From the NCBI GenBank assembly GCA_001179505.1, contig CDMY01000341.1, positions 48,925-112,924 of the forward strand: a DNA stretch of 64,000 nucleotides. The letters are read 5' to 3'. The position numbers were made by a program, and so were the translations under genes. Position 1 is the stretch's first letter, and every line of letters begins with the position of its first letter. The notes under the pieces were generated by a model, which had not been told where the DNA came from, searched no databases, and was given only the letters and a program-made list of their open reading frames with translations. This document shows, piece after piece, positions 25,379 through 37,303 of this stretch. The stretch is from Vitrella brassicaformis CCMP3155 (taxonomy: Eukaryota; Protista; Chromerida).

Positions 25379-26287
25379 CGTGGATCAGATGAGAAGGGAG
25401 CTTGCTGATGTGGTGGAGATGAATGGATGTGCTTGATGAGCGGCAGGACGACACGTGAGAGCAAGTCCGCCATCCTGCACAGACAGTCAGAGATCAGGAA
25501 AGCATTTTCAGCATCTCAAAGCCAGATCTCAGTGCGCTGTTTATTGTTTTACGACATGCCCGAAAGCCTCTGGGTGATTTAGCTGCTTGCGAAAGCAATT
25601 AACGTGCGCAGGAGAAGCGCCGACATGGCCTGGGCGGAATTGCGCGGCCAATGCCTCGACTTCATCCATCGCGAAGCCGAGCGAGATGCTCTACATACGT
25701 CTACATACCTTGAGTGACGTTGGCAGCCTCCAGCCTCTACACAGCGGCCCTCTTCCTCACACACGTCGACTTCCCCCCTGCCGGCCATCGTCACGCGGGA
25801 GCCATATCGCACCCAAAAGGTCGGAATGTGGACAGACAGACCGACAGTCAAGGAGCGAGGGACAAAGGGAGCGGGGTAGGAAGGCTAAACAGTGTGGTTG
25901 GTGTGCGGTTGGATTGCATGCAGGCGTTTGGCTGAGCCGAGCTGAGCCCCGTGTGGTGGCGTTGTGGAGGCTGGTGGGGCGGCACGTAGAGTTTGCCGGC
26001 GGGATGGGTTGCCTGTTCGCTCATTGAACTCAATGGATCTCGAGGACCGAGTGACGTCTGACGCTGCCCGGACGTGTCCTCACATTCGGAGACGACGCCG
26101 GTCCTTGCCTCACCTCATCGTTCGCGCAAACCCTGAACCCCAAACCCTTGCTCGAAGCTGGCCGGTGTTGGCCATGACGTGAATGTTCACCATGTAACCA
26201 ATAAGTAAGAAACAAAAGCAGTGTCTTTCACGTCCATACCAAAGAAACGCTGCGCATGCCCTCACATCACACAGTGTCGGTCACTGT

Positions 26288-28181
26288 TCATTCACCCCTG
26301 GTGCCATTCACTCCCTCCCCAGGCAGACCATTCGTCCGCATCGCATCAGTCGTCTCCCCATCCTGCCCCCTCTTGCTCGGCAGCTCAGCCGCGCCGCCCT
26401 CCGCCACGGCCGCACTGCTGTTGCCCGACCTGAAGCGATTTGACGCCCCGATGAAATCGATCAGCTGCGGGCACTCTGCTGGAGCGTCACTGCTGCTGTC
26501 ATTGACGTGCCGCGCAGGGGATGAGGGGGGCTGGGGGTTGGCAGATGGCGGGGCGGGGGATGGGCTGCGCCTGGTGGTCTTGTGTGGGTTGGCGGCGCTC
26601 GTCTGGTTGTTGGCGATGGTGATGACGGTCTGGTGGAGGCTCCTGAGCTCCTTGACGGCGTCCTTCAGAGTCACGCGCGCGCCCACCCTGACATACAAAC
26701 ACCCAACCACACGCAGCATGCAAACAGCGCCAAAGAGTGCACCATGATGCATCTGTGTTGCCACTTGGTAAGGTCCTCCGCCACTTGACTCAGCGCATCC
26801 ATGAGGTCCTGCATTCTGCTCGCCACACCGTACAGAGCCAGCGACTGGTCTTCGACCTTCCCTCTCTCAACAGGCGTCGCCGCCGCTGTCGACTGTGCAG
26901 CGTTTTGCACTGTGGGCTTCGACCGAGCGGCGGGCTGCTGCTGCTGCTGCTGTTGCTGCTGTTGTGACACTGCGTCGGTGAATGGCTTTGCGGGGGGAGA
27001 GGGGGCGAGAGGTGGAATGGGGAAAGGAGCGGGGGATGTCGACACGGGCGGCAAAGGGGATGACACGGGTGTGCCTGGGACAGCCGGTGCCGCCGTTGGG
27101 TTGGGCGCTGCTTCTGGCTTTGGTGTGGGCAGCTGCTGCTTGGTTGCCCGTGACTCCAAAGCGAGATGGACCAGGGGCTGGATGGACTGAAAAGGGACAC
27201 AGACAGACAGACAGACAGTCAGACGTGCAAATGTGTGTATGTGTGAAAGCTTTGGTGGAAGACCTACCTCGAGTGGCGGGAATCGCATCAGACGCTTCAG
27301 GCACCCATTCGTGTCCATCGACAACACTGCACACATGGACGGATCGGACCGACCGATGTGTGTCTACCACCGTGGCCCCATTGCCTTGCTGTCGTCGCTT
27401 ACAGTGCGTTCGGACGAACTTGAGCATTGCAATGGCGAAGAAGTCCACCTGAGCAGGTAGGCGTGTAGACGCACACAGATATGCCACCCAATGCCGCCCA
27501 CACACACAGGTTCAGCCAGGCTATCTTTCTCACCAGGGGCAGCGCATCAGACGACTCGCGGCTCAGCTGCTTGACGTCCTTCTTCTTGACAGCGTTGCCA
27601 AAAGGATTGTCGGCCTGTGGGGTCGATCCCTTGCTGCCGGTGGTGCTGCTCTTATGCCGCATCTGGTACGCATCGGCGAAGAACGCATCCCATATGTGGC
27701 ACGTGTCGTCCAGGTGGAACTCCCGGCTAAACAACAGCCGCACCCAACGCCTGCACAAGGACAACAGACAGACCATCATACATCAACAAGGGAACCGAAC
27801 CAAGGAATGATGAATCAGCATCTTATATACAGTAGGAACAGCTGCGGTTCAATGTCATTGGCGCAGAGGTGCTGGTACAGAGGGCCGTCGGCCGCCTTGA
27901 GCAGGCTGTGGAAGATCTGCTCGCACCGGACCACACCCGCCGATTGCTGCACACCACACACATGCACCGCACGACACGGATGTGCACGATGGATTGATGG
28001 ATGAACAGCCGCAATGGCTGGGTCGGTCGCTGCTTACGGGTTTTTTCGGCGGTGCAGGAGTGGGTCCTCCCATGCCACGCAGTGCTGGTGGCACTAGAGG
28101 AGGGGCCCTGGCGGCGGGGGGGTCAGGGGCGGGCGCATAGATCTCCCTGACGGACCCCCCACAGACATCGTGCTTTGAGTT

Positions 28182-28220
<39 letters not shown>

Positions 28221-29578
28221 CTGTGCGTGTTCGCACTTCATGCCAAGCTCCATTAGGGCGCTGAATATTGCGAATGCGTCGCTTTCGAGGGCCTCCTCGC
28301 TGCCGCAACACAGCTGACTGCACACACTGCACACACAAAGGGGCGCCCCAGTGGTGCGTGTCTGGGCTAGGCGTGTGTGTGGATGCCTACGTGTGAGCCT
28401 TTGAGGTGCCCTCGCTTTGCCTGTACTGGTCGCGGAAGCACACCACATAGATGACCCCCAGCAGCTCATTCATGCCCTGCACACCACACGCATCCAACCA
28501 TACGAGAAGGAGGGCATACAAACATGTAGGTGGGTGGCATCGACATGCCTCCCTCCTTCCATCCCTCCCTCCCTCCCTGTCGATCTACCAACCTGTCTGT
28601 AGGAGATGTCTTCGTGTTCTTTGCTCCAGTTGAAGAGAATGCGCTGGAGGGACTTGCGCACGCTGTCACTCTGAAACAACTCACGCTCAGCAAACCTGAC
28701 ACGGACACACACAGGGAGGAAGGTGTGAGAGAGGGAGAGAGAGAGAGAGAGAGAGGGGGGCAACAACGGCGTCACGCACTCGGCGAGCCGCGATTTGCCG
28801 GCATGTGTGTGCTTTGCTTACGTCCTCTCGATGTCCTTCCAGATCTCCGCCATCAGCTCCTCATTCTTGTGCCGAACAAGCCATGGATTCTGGTACACCA
28901 CATCCAACGCACACAACACACCCAGACAGGATGCACAAAGGCGGGCAAACTGTCTGTGTGTCCTTCCTTTGCGCGCACGTGTGCTGCGTTGGAGAGGGGG
29001 TGGAACACATTTGGGTCCAGCCCGGTGAGGGCGCCAGGCTTGAGGAGCTCCTGGTGAGTGGCATTCATCTGCACACAGGGAGGGAGGGAGGGAGGACACA
29101 CACACGGCTGCCCTCCCGGTACCACAACCGACCCTTCTTGTGTCCACTCATCACCTTTTTGTATTGCTGCCTCTGCTCTTTGAGTTGTTCCACCCACTGA
29201 TCCGGCGAAGAGCCACTCAGACTCCCAAGGAACACACCCCAATACAGACGCCTGACAGCCAAGCCAACCAGGCAGAGAGAGCACCTTGTGAGTAGCCGAG
29301 CCGGCCGGTCGATGTGTCTGTCTGTATGTGCGTGCCTCGGATGGCCTACCTGAACTTGTTAAGTGGCTGTATGCCGTCGACCACCTCTGCAGCCACACGC
29401 AGGGGGTCACACAGACGCACACGCGCACCCTCATAGTCCTGACACGGACAAGCACCACACATATGCCCGTCAGCCATTCAGTCCATCTCTTAAGACCGTC
29501 CTGTCATTCGTTGACCTGCGTTGTGACGCCGACATCGTGTTCGCCATGCAGCACGTTCTCCTTGGCCTCCTCACTCAT
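26288..29578 (-). CDS. TBC-domain Rab GTPase-activating protein (TBC1D5-like), multi-exon
   Basis: VRRLYWGVFLG, FHPLS, EIWKDIERT (arginine finger), LQRILFNWSKEHEDISYRQG-MNELLG (glutamine finger), ESDAFAIFSALM, RWVRLLFSREFHLDDTCHIWDAFFAD. Low-complexity C-terminal tail. Confidence 0.88.
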
Positions 29579-29734
29579 TGCTCCCGCAGGCCACTCGACT
29601 ACTGAGCAATGCCTTTCTACCGCTTCTTTCGCAAGATCCGGCAAGGCACGCCAGCTGTGCGAGATGCGTGTGGCTTCAGAGGCTTTCAAAGGCTTTCGGC
29701 CGTTCTGACTTTCCGTGAAACCGCTCACTTCCCA

Positions 29735-30372
29735 GAGAGGGCAAGTTGACTTACTTGGGGGCGCATCAATTGATGCGCCGATTGATTGCGATATGGGCAG
29801 GGAGGAGGGGAGAGGGAGAGAGGCATGTATTCGTGGTCCCCTGTGTGTGTGTGTGTGTGTGTGTGCGTGGCTCTATCTCTTCCAGACATATATACGAACT
29901 CACTAACTGACGTGCTATTAATTGTAGTTTGCATTCCGTGTGATTGACCTGCATACTCACTCTTGTGTGTGGTGCGTCAGTTGGGAGTGAGTCCTGTCTT
30001 TGTGTGTGTGTGTGCGTGTCCAGCTGGGGCGGGGAGCGGCTCTTTTCGCCCCGATGAGGCCGCGAGGACATCATGGGTGGGTGATGTCATGGCCGAGAGG
30101 GGCAAGGGGGCATGTGTGTCTGTGAGATAGACAGACGTGTACTCTTGCTCACTTTCTGCGTTGTTCTGCCATGTGTGCTGATGGTTGGATGGCTGGATGG
30201 ATGGCTTGTTCTGTGGGGTGTGTATCGCGGCAGAAGATGATAGAGACGCGACACACACAGGGACACTTGCTGACTTTCTTCTTGCGTGTGCGTGCTGCAT
30301 CGATGGATGGATGGATGGATGGATGACTTGGTCTGTGGGGGGTGTGTCGCGGCAGAAGATGATAGAGACGCG
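29735..30372 (+). repeat. Direct repeat copy A (about 640 bp)
   Basis: Collinear with 36353-37145: GAGAGGGCAAGTTGACTTACTT...CCAGCTGGGGCGGGGAGCGGCTCTTTTCGCCCCGATGAGGCCGCGAGGACATC...GGCAGAAGATGATAGAGACGCG. Confidence 0.92.
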
Positions 30373-30910
30373 CCTGTGTGACGGCCGAGACAGTACTGGC
30401 TGACAGACAGGCGGACTGATGGGACGGGTGGATGGAGGATGGATGGATGGATGGATCGACTGATGCGTGTGACCGGTCAGTCCATCCAGCCGCGAGTGAC
30501 GAGACACACATGGATGTAAGCCAGACAGACAGACAGATGTATGGAATGGATGCTGGCCCGAACGGCGAGAGGAAAGGACCGATAGATGAACCATTCATGT
30601 ACATACGTACATGTCTGTGTCCAAGGTTTCAACACACACACTGCAGTGACCGGACTGCACTGCACTGCACCGCACTTTATAATTATAGACACCCACAGCG
30701 GCCGTCATTCCACCCCACACACGGTAGGTACGGCCCCAGAAGACGGCATGCACACGAGTGGCACGGACGTCCCCGACCACGCACTGTATGTATATGTACA
30801 ACCAAGGCGACAATCAGCCCACCCAGTGAGTGCCACCCGTCGGCATGTGTGCTGTGCACCCACCCACCAAAACACATGCATCGCATCCCAGCATCCACCC
30901 ACCCTTCCAC

Positions 30911-32570
30911 TCATTCATCTTCCTCTTTCACCCGCACCAGCTCTGCACCCTCTGTCTTGACTGCAGCAGGAGCAGCAGCGCCAGCTCCACTTGCTGGCGG
31001 CCCATCGTCGTCTTTCAGCATTGCCGGCTGAGAGGTGCTGCCTTCCAGCTGGGGTGGCGTGGTGCCGCGGTGGATGAGAGGCTGCAGGGGGCAGGATCCT
31101 GAGGATTCCTTCTGCAGACGGCCATTCTTGGCGCACGAGACGCAGCACTGAACAGAACAAGGGAACCACCACACACACATACACTACACGCCTGTCTGTG
31201 CGGTGCGCGCGGAGGGAAATGCTCATTCACCTTGCCGTGTTCCACCAAGAGAAGGTGCAGCGAGTGCTTGATGTCGTCAGGCACCCTGGTTAACCGGGTC
31301 ACACACAAACATGAACACATGATCTTAGGCTCGCAGTGTCATACACACAACTGACTGACCTGCGATTGAGATGTTGGTACGCCTGTATGCGCGTTGCGGC
31401 CTGCGGCACCCAATGCAGCCGCTGCGCGATATGGAGCACGTGAGTGTCCACGGGAAACTCCGAACGACCTGGAAAAGGGAGATCAACCAGCAGCTATAGC
31501 TATGGGCCATGTGCATGGGCCTACCCAGTCCGAACATCATGACACACGCGACTGTCTTGGGACCTACGCCATTGTACCTGACCAATCAGCATACAAGCAC
31601 TTGTGTAGCTCCATTGCTGGCCGCTCATTCCGTTGCTGTATACCTCAGGAGCGCCGGCTTGACCTGTTCGTCGGCCACACCCCTCAAATGCTCCAGCGAC
31701 GGCTCGCCAGATACCTGAACAACACGCCAAGTTGGGAGATAGATGGCGGCTGCTGCTGCTGCTTGCCTCGCTCACCACATGTCCCTCATCGACTACAGAT
31801 TGCAGAATCGCCTGGATGCGCTTCACCTGGAAGGAATAGCAACAGCCATCCCCCTGTAAGTGTGCTGACGCCCTTGCTTCTCGCGTATCCACCTTGGTGT
31901 GGGCCAGGCCGCCCTTCTGTATGGTGGCCTCGACGTCTGCAGCGGGGGCATCGAGCACCGCCCGCCACGTGGGGAAGGCAGCCTGAATGACAGATAAGCC
32001 AGCTGGCGGTGAGATCAGCTGCAGATGGATGGATCGGTCACAGCAAGTGATGCTGACCTTCAAACTCTGGAATGTCTGCTTCGATAGCTTGTCGGTGGTG
32101 TTCTGCGAGAGCATCACACTCACCAGCATGTCCAGCACACTGCAGTCCTGAAACGCACTCACACACGCCACAAGACACACAGGCAGGTGTTTCCATTGGT
32201 GTGGTGTGGGGTGGCATCTCACCCTTCCCTTGACGCGGTCGCCGCCATGCAGATCCCGGAGCGCCCTCTCGACGGCGTAGCACTCGTCGGCAGAAGGCCG
32301 CCGAAGATTCGGATACGGCTCCGCAGCCACCATCTCGCCACTGCCCTCATCAGCACTGACCGCCACCATCTCATCCTGACCCGCTCCTTCCTCGACTTGA
32401 ACTAATGCTTTCTCGTCCTCACTCTTGACGGCCTTCTCGTGCTTGCGCACCCTTTTGTGGCCGTGAACGCCGCTGCTGTCATCATGTTCTCGTTTGACGC
32501 TGATCTTCTTGCTATCTTGCTCCTCGCTCTTTGCCTGGCGGGCGCCCCGCGCCGAGCGTCGCAGATCCAT
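30911..32570 (-). CDS. HhH-GPD superfamily DNA glycosylase (Nth/DML-like), multi-exon
   Basis: MLSQNTTD, GGLAHTK/VKRIQAIL, HhH motif LLRYNGVGPKTVACVMMFGLG, FPVDTHVLHIAQRL (catalytic Asp), LHLLLVEHGK, then C-x2-C...CPL. Basic and acidic N-terminal extension. Confidence 0.9.
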
Positions 32571-32708
32571 CAGTCACCTCATCGCCCCGTTTTCGCAGCT
32601 CGCATCGTGGGGGCTCGAGACTGTGGGCGTCTCAGACAGGAAGAGGTGAGAAAGAAAGTTGGTCAAAGCGGACATTTCGGCGAGCAGAGGAAGTGTCCTT
32701 TTTCGACC

Positions 32709-33877
32709 ATGGAGCGGCAGTCGACGCCGCATGATAGCGAAGGTCAGCCTGGCAGTGCATCGGCCGACGGAGCGGCCAGACAGGGGATGGATGTCATTGC
32801 GAGGCCGCGGCATCCCGTCATGGAATCGTTTGATGATGATATGGACGACGGCACAGACGAAGAGGAGGATGATGGTCCTTTGGAGGGCGGCTTCTTCACG
32901 TTGCCAGAGCCGGCCGTTCGTGCGGCCATTCCGCCCATGGAGATTGCCCTGCATGTCGATCTCGCCCCGGCAGTGGAGCTGCCCGAGGACGACCCCATGA
33001 TGCAGGCCACCATCGAGCAACACGACCACGTCGAAGAACCCCGAGCGACGGTATGTACGTTCACATCACTTGAACAAATAAGCTGGGGCCGATCAATTGA
33101 TACAGAGAGCCGGGCATGCATGCATCCATTCGCCTTGTATATTATTGTGTGCCTGGGTGCTCTTGTCTCACTCTGTCAGCTTGTATGGGTTAGTGCCCAA
33201 GGCAGATTTGCTCTGCCGCATCGAAGGCAGCGTGCGACCGCAGACGGCCGTCAGGTGCGTGCGCACACGTGCGCAAGAAACCATACAGACAGCAGCTGCG
33301 TCTCATTCAGTACTCAGTGCATCATTTAAACGTCTCTCTCTGTCTGTCTGGCTCTCTTTAGGCATTACAAGCGGCTGGGTCTGCCCCTCCCCCAGGACGA
33401 GCAGGAGCAACTCGACTTGTTCACCTGTGACCCTCACCAGGACATCTGGCAAGACTTCTCGCCTCAGCTGGATCGAATTCGATACATATTCGGTACGCAC
33501 GCAAGGTCAAGCCCACAAAACGCTACGGACAAGTCGTTTTCAATGGTCGCCTGGCTGCTCTTTCATTCCTCCATTTGATTCACTTGTGCAGACACGCTGG
33601 AGGTGGTTGAGGAGGTCACTGCCGAGGCCGTTGAAGATCGCTTCAAAGACCGAGTGGTGGTCCTGGAGATCCGCTTCTGGCCGGACTTCTTCACCAAGAC
33701 ATACGGCCACCAGCTCGAGGGCGTGCTGCAGGCGATGGAGAGGGGAGTGGAGAGGGGACGAGCACGGTGCAACCATGACATAGAGGTACACACACATCAT
33801 TTGATTGCACTTGCTTGACACACATCCACACAGGCACCCGTGTCTTTCCTCTCTCTCTCTGCCGTCTGTCTGTCTGT

Positions 33878-33909
<32 letters not shown>

Positions 33910-36272
33910 CTGTATGTGTGTGTCTGCAGGTGGGTTTGATTTGCTGCGCATCATATATATATATATATGCAAGGAGGACTTCATGAAGGTTGTGGGCTTC
34001 GCCGTCGCTCACAAGGAGCAGCTCGTGGGCGTGGAGATCCCCGCTTACAGCTCACTTCTCTCGCAGCCCCTCAAGGTGAGTGAGGCGAAGGAATGGAAGG
34101 AAGGGGGAGAACACACAATACATAACCATCAACACACACATGGTTGTCTGTCTGTCTGTCTGTCTGTGCAGGATTGTGTTGAGACCATCCACGAGGCTGG
34201 CCTGGGCATTACCATGCCCGTCTCTGACATTCCCAGCATCTCACCGCCCATCCCTGACGTGGCGGCCCTCGTTGAGCAGATCCGCCCCCGCCGCATCGCC
34301 GCCAATCTGGCAGCCGACCACCCGGCCGCCCTGCAGCTCATCAAAGCGGGCAACATCGGGGTGGAGCTCAAGGCGGAGAGCCTGCTGGACTTGTCGCGTG
34401 CGCGTCAGCTCAATGATGGTGATTATGACCTGTACATTTCCATCAACAGCGACCTGCCGGCCCTCTTCAACTCAAGGCTCCCTGAGCGGTACCAGGCCAT
34501 GCAAGACCTCCTCGAGGAGACAGCATTCACCAGGACTGAGCTCATATATATGAGCTGCCACGAAATCAGGACGTCGTTGCTGCCGGACGACGTCACGTGG
34601 GCTGTGCTGGAGAAGTTCTTCTTCGTGCTGGATGACGGCCAGGGGGGAGAGGGTGGCGACGAGGAGGGAGATCAAGGGGGAGGGGGAGGGGGTGGCAATG
34701 ATGTCGGCGGCAACGACGACGACGAGGCTCATGACGATGATGGTCATGGGGGCGGTTTTCCTGGGCCGCACCCCGATGAAGCGCGGCCGCTTAGCCCGCC
34801 GCGACGTTCCCCATCTCACGGCGGCCAAAAGAGGAGCCCACGTGGCAGCCGCAGCCCCTCGCCGCCCCGCAGCAATCGGCCGGCAGCAGGAGAGCCCACC
34901 GCGCGTCTGCCTGAGTCGCCCATCAATGACTTTGACGCTGACCTCGACATGGAGCTCGAGGACCAAACCCCATCGCCCCGCAAGCAGCCCCGGAGCCGCC
35001 TGGATGACGACGAGACGCGGCCGCCTGGGCAGGCGGTCAGTGGACGGCTGCGCGATGAGGGAGAGGGAGAGGGATGGGAGCAGGACGACCCCTTCAAGAC
35101 TCCGCCTCGTCGTGTGCCGTCCATCACGCCGCCCGAGCAGTCGCCGGCCGTCTCCGATGACGAGGAGGACGAGAGCGACGAGGAGGACGAGGGTGATGAG
35201 AGCGACGGGGGCGATGACAGCGAGGAGGGCGGGGTGAAGGTCATGCCGTGTGTGGCGGTAATGTATGGGTGTGTGGCTGCCGAGCTGCTGCGGGCCGCCC
35301 AGCGAGTGTTGTGCTGCTTGGCCACTGACATCATCCGCACTTCCAAGGCCATCGAGCGCGCCGTTATCGTCAAGGCGACTGAGGTGATGCTCCTTCGCCA
35401 CGCCCGTGAGTGGGTCAGACGGCAGTGTCTCGTGCGCTTGATGGCCTCGTCGGCGATGCTCTTGGCCGTCCAGGATGGCGTCAACACGTCGAAATCTGGC
35501 GGGGGGAGTGATGAAACCGGTGCAGCTGCCGGCGGCGAGGAGGAGTCGGTGGTGCAGCCGGACGCCCTCAGTGTGTCTCCGGGCCAGAGGGGCGAGAAGA
35601 GGGGAAGGGAGAGTACGGCGCCAAGTGTCTCGTTGCGGCCGGCCAAGCGAGTCCGCCACAGCCGCCACGGCACGAAGAGGAAGAGAGCGAGTGGGCAGAA
35701 GATCGCAGGGGAACCACAGGCGAAGAGACGCCGCCTGTCCGGTACGCACACAGACACAGACAGACACAGAGACACAGAGACACAGAGACAGCGGGGAGAC
35801 CTCATGGCTGACGGGTGTTTTGACGGACGATGGGGTCGTGTGTGTTTTGGTCGGTGCAGAGTTTTCGATCCCCGGGCCGTCGATGGGCCGGATGGCTGAG
35901 GGGGCCATCCAGGGGACGAAGAGGAAGAGGCAGACCGGTAACCAGCACCACCACCAGGAGCAGCACCAGGGGCAGCAGGAGCTCCACCAGCATCAAGACC
36001 AAGGAAACCAGCAGCCCCAACAACAGACCCTTACCACAGATACCACAGGCAAGAAGCGCAGACGCGGCACGCGGCTCAAGGCCGAGGCCGAGGCCGCTGC
36101 TCTCGCTGCCGAGGCCGAGGCATATATCGCCCGCCGCACCAACAAGCGACAGCAGCAGCAGCAGCAGGAGGAGGACGACGAGGAGGGAGGAGGGGAGGGG
36201 AAGGGCGAGAGCGGAGGGAACGGTGGGGCCGCCACCCGGGGATACAATTTCCGGAAGCGACGTCGCTGCTGA
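32709..36272 (+). CDS. Adenosine-deaminase-fold protein with degenerate active site and a long acidic/Pro/basic C-terminal tail; exon 1/2 junction ambiguous
   Basis: Successive exons give PKADLLCRIEGSVRPQT (cf. PKxELHxHLxGS), VEDRFKDRVVVLEIRFWP (cf. EvRfsP), LVGVEI, GLGITMPVS (cf. HAGE), RRIAAN (cf. RIGHG), NIGVELKAES (cf. vEvcPtSN) and SINSDLPALF (cf. sinTDDP). Confidence 0.72.
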
Positions 36273-36352
36273 GTGATCCACTCACTCACTCACTCACTCA
36301 CTTTTGACTCGGCTGACTTCGGATGGGCGACATTCGTTCGTTGCATGTGTTT

Positions 36353-37145
36353 GAGAGGGCAAGTTGACTTACTTCGGGGCGCATTGCATTGATGCGCCGA
36401 TTGCGATATGTATGGGCAGGGAGGAGGGGAGAGGGAGAGAGGTATGTATTCGTGGTCCCCTCTGTGTGTGTGTGTGTGTGTGCGTGGCTCTATCTCTTCC
36501 AGACATATATACGAACTCACTAAGTAACTGACGTGCTGTTTATTGTAGTTTGCATTCCGTGTGATTGACCTGCATACTCACTCTTGTGTGTCCCTCCTTG
36601 TGTGCGAATGTGTGTGGTGGGTGCGTCAGTTGGGAGTGAGTGCTGTCTTTGTGTGTGTGTGTGTGTGTGTCCAGCTGGGGCGGGGAGCGGCTCTTTTCGC
36701 CCCGATGAGGCCGCGAGGACATCGTGGGTGATGTCATGGCCGAGAGGGGCAAGGGGGCAGGGACACTTGCTGACTTTCTTCTTGCGTGTGCGTGCTGCAT
36801 CGATGGATGGATGGATGGCTGGATGGCTTCGTCTGTGGGGTGTGTGTCGCGGCAGAAGATGATAGAGACGCGACACACACAGGGACACTTGCTGACTTTC
36901 TTCTTGCGTGTGTGTGCTGCATCGATGGATGGATGGATGGCTGGATGGCTTGGTCTGTGGGGTGTGTGTCGCGGCAGAAGATGATAGAGACGCGACACAC
37001 ACAGGGACACTTGCTGACTTTCTTCTTGCGTGTGCGTGCTGCATCGATGGATGGATGGATGGCTGGATGGCTTGGTCTGTGGGGTGTGTGTCGCGGCAGA
37101 AGATGATAGAGACGCGACACACACAGGGACACTTGCTGACTTTCT
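36353..37145 (+). repeat. Direct repeat copy B (about 790 bp)
   Basis: Collinear with 29735-30372, with more copies of the internal 122-bp unit. Confidence 0.92.
36759..37145 (+). repeat. 122-bp tandem repeat, about 3.2 near-identical units
   Basis: AGGGACACTTGCTGACTTTC starts at 36759, 36881, 37003 and 37125. Confidence 0.95.
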
Positions 37146-37303
37146 GCCGCGTGTCTGGGACTGAAGTTTGCCGCGAGTGGAAGCCAAGGCCAAGATTGCC
37201 TAGGGTGCTTCCTGATCGCGAAACAACTGCTGCGCTGCTAAGCTCGCAGACACACAGGGGCATTCCTCGGCGTGTTATTTTATTTGGCCCTATCTATGAG
37301 TGG

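Noticed and set aside
26120-26150. Telomere-like AAACCCT motifs (also GGGTTTAGG near 59185)
   Set aside because: Only two or three degenerate units, and both sites belong to the same TBC-flank duplication.
25579-26215. Short ORFs between the secreted hypothetical gene and the TBC gene
   Set aside because: No recognisable motif or consistent splice chain, and part of the region is TBC 3' flank.
34472-35908. Long antisense ORFs (478 aa and 329 aa) opposite the ADA-like gene, and similar shadows elsewhere
   Set aside because: Typical stop-poor shadow frames of GC-rich coding DNA, with no motifs.
36759-37145. 122-bp tandem array as a CRISPR-like array
   Set aside because: Units are near-identical throughout with no unique spacers, there are no cas genes, and the context is eukaryotic.
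29735-37145. Direct repeats as LTRs of a retrotransposon
   Set aside because: No gag, protease, RT or integrase motifs inside, no clear TG...CA termini, PBS or PPT, and the internal genes contain spliceosomal introns.
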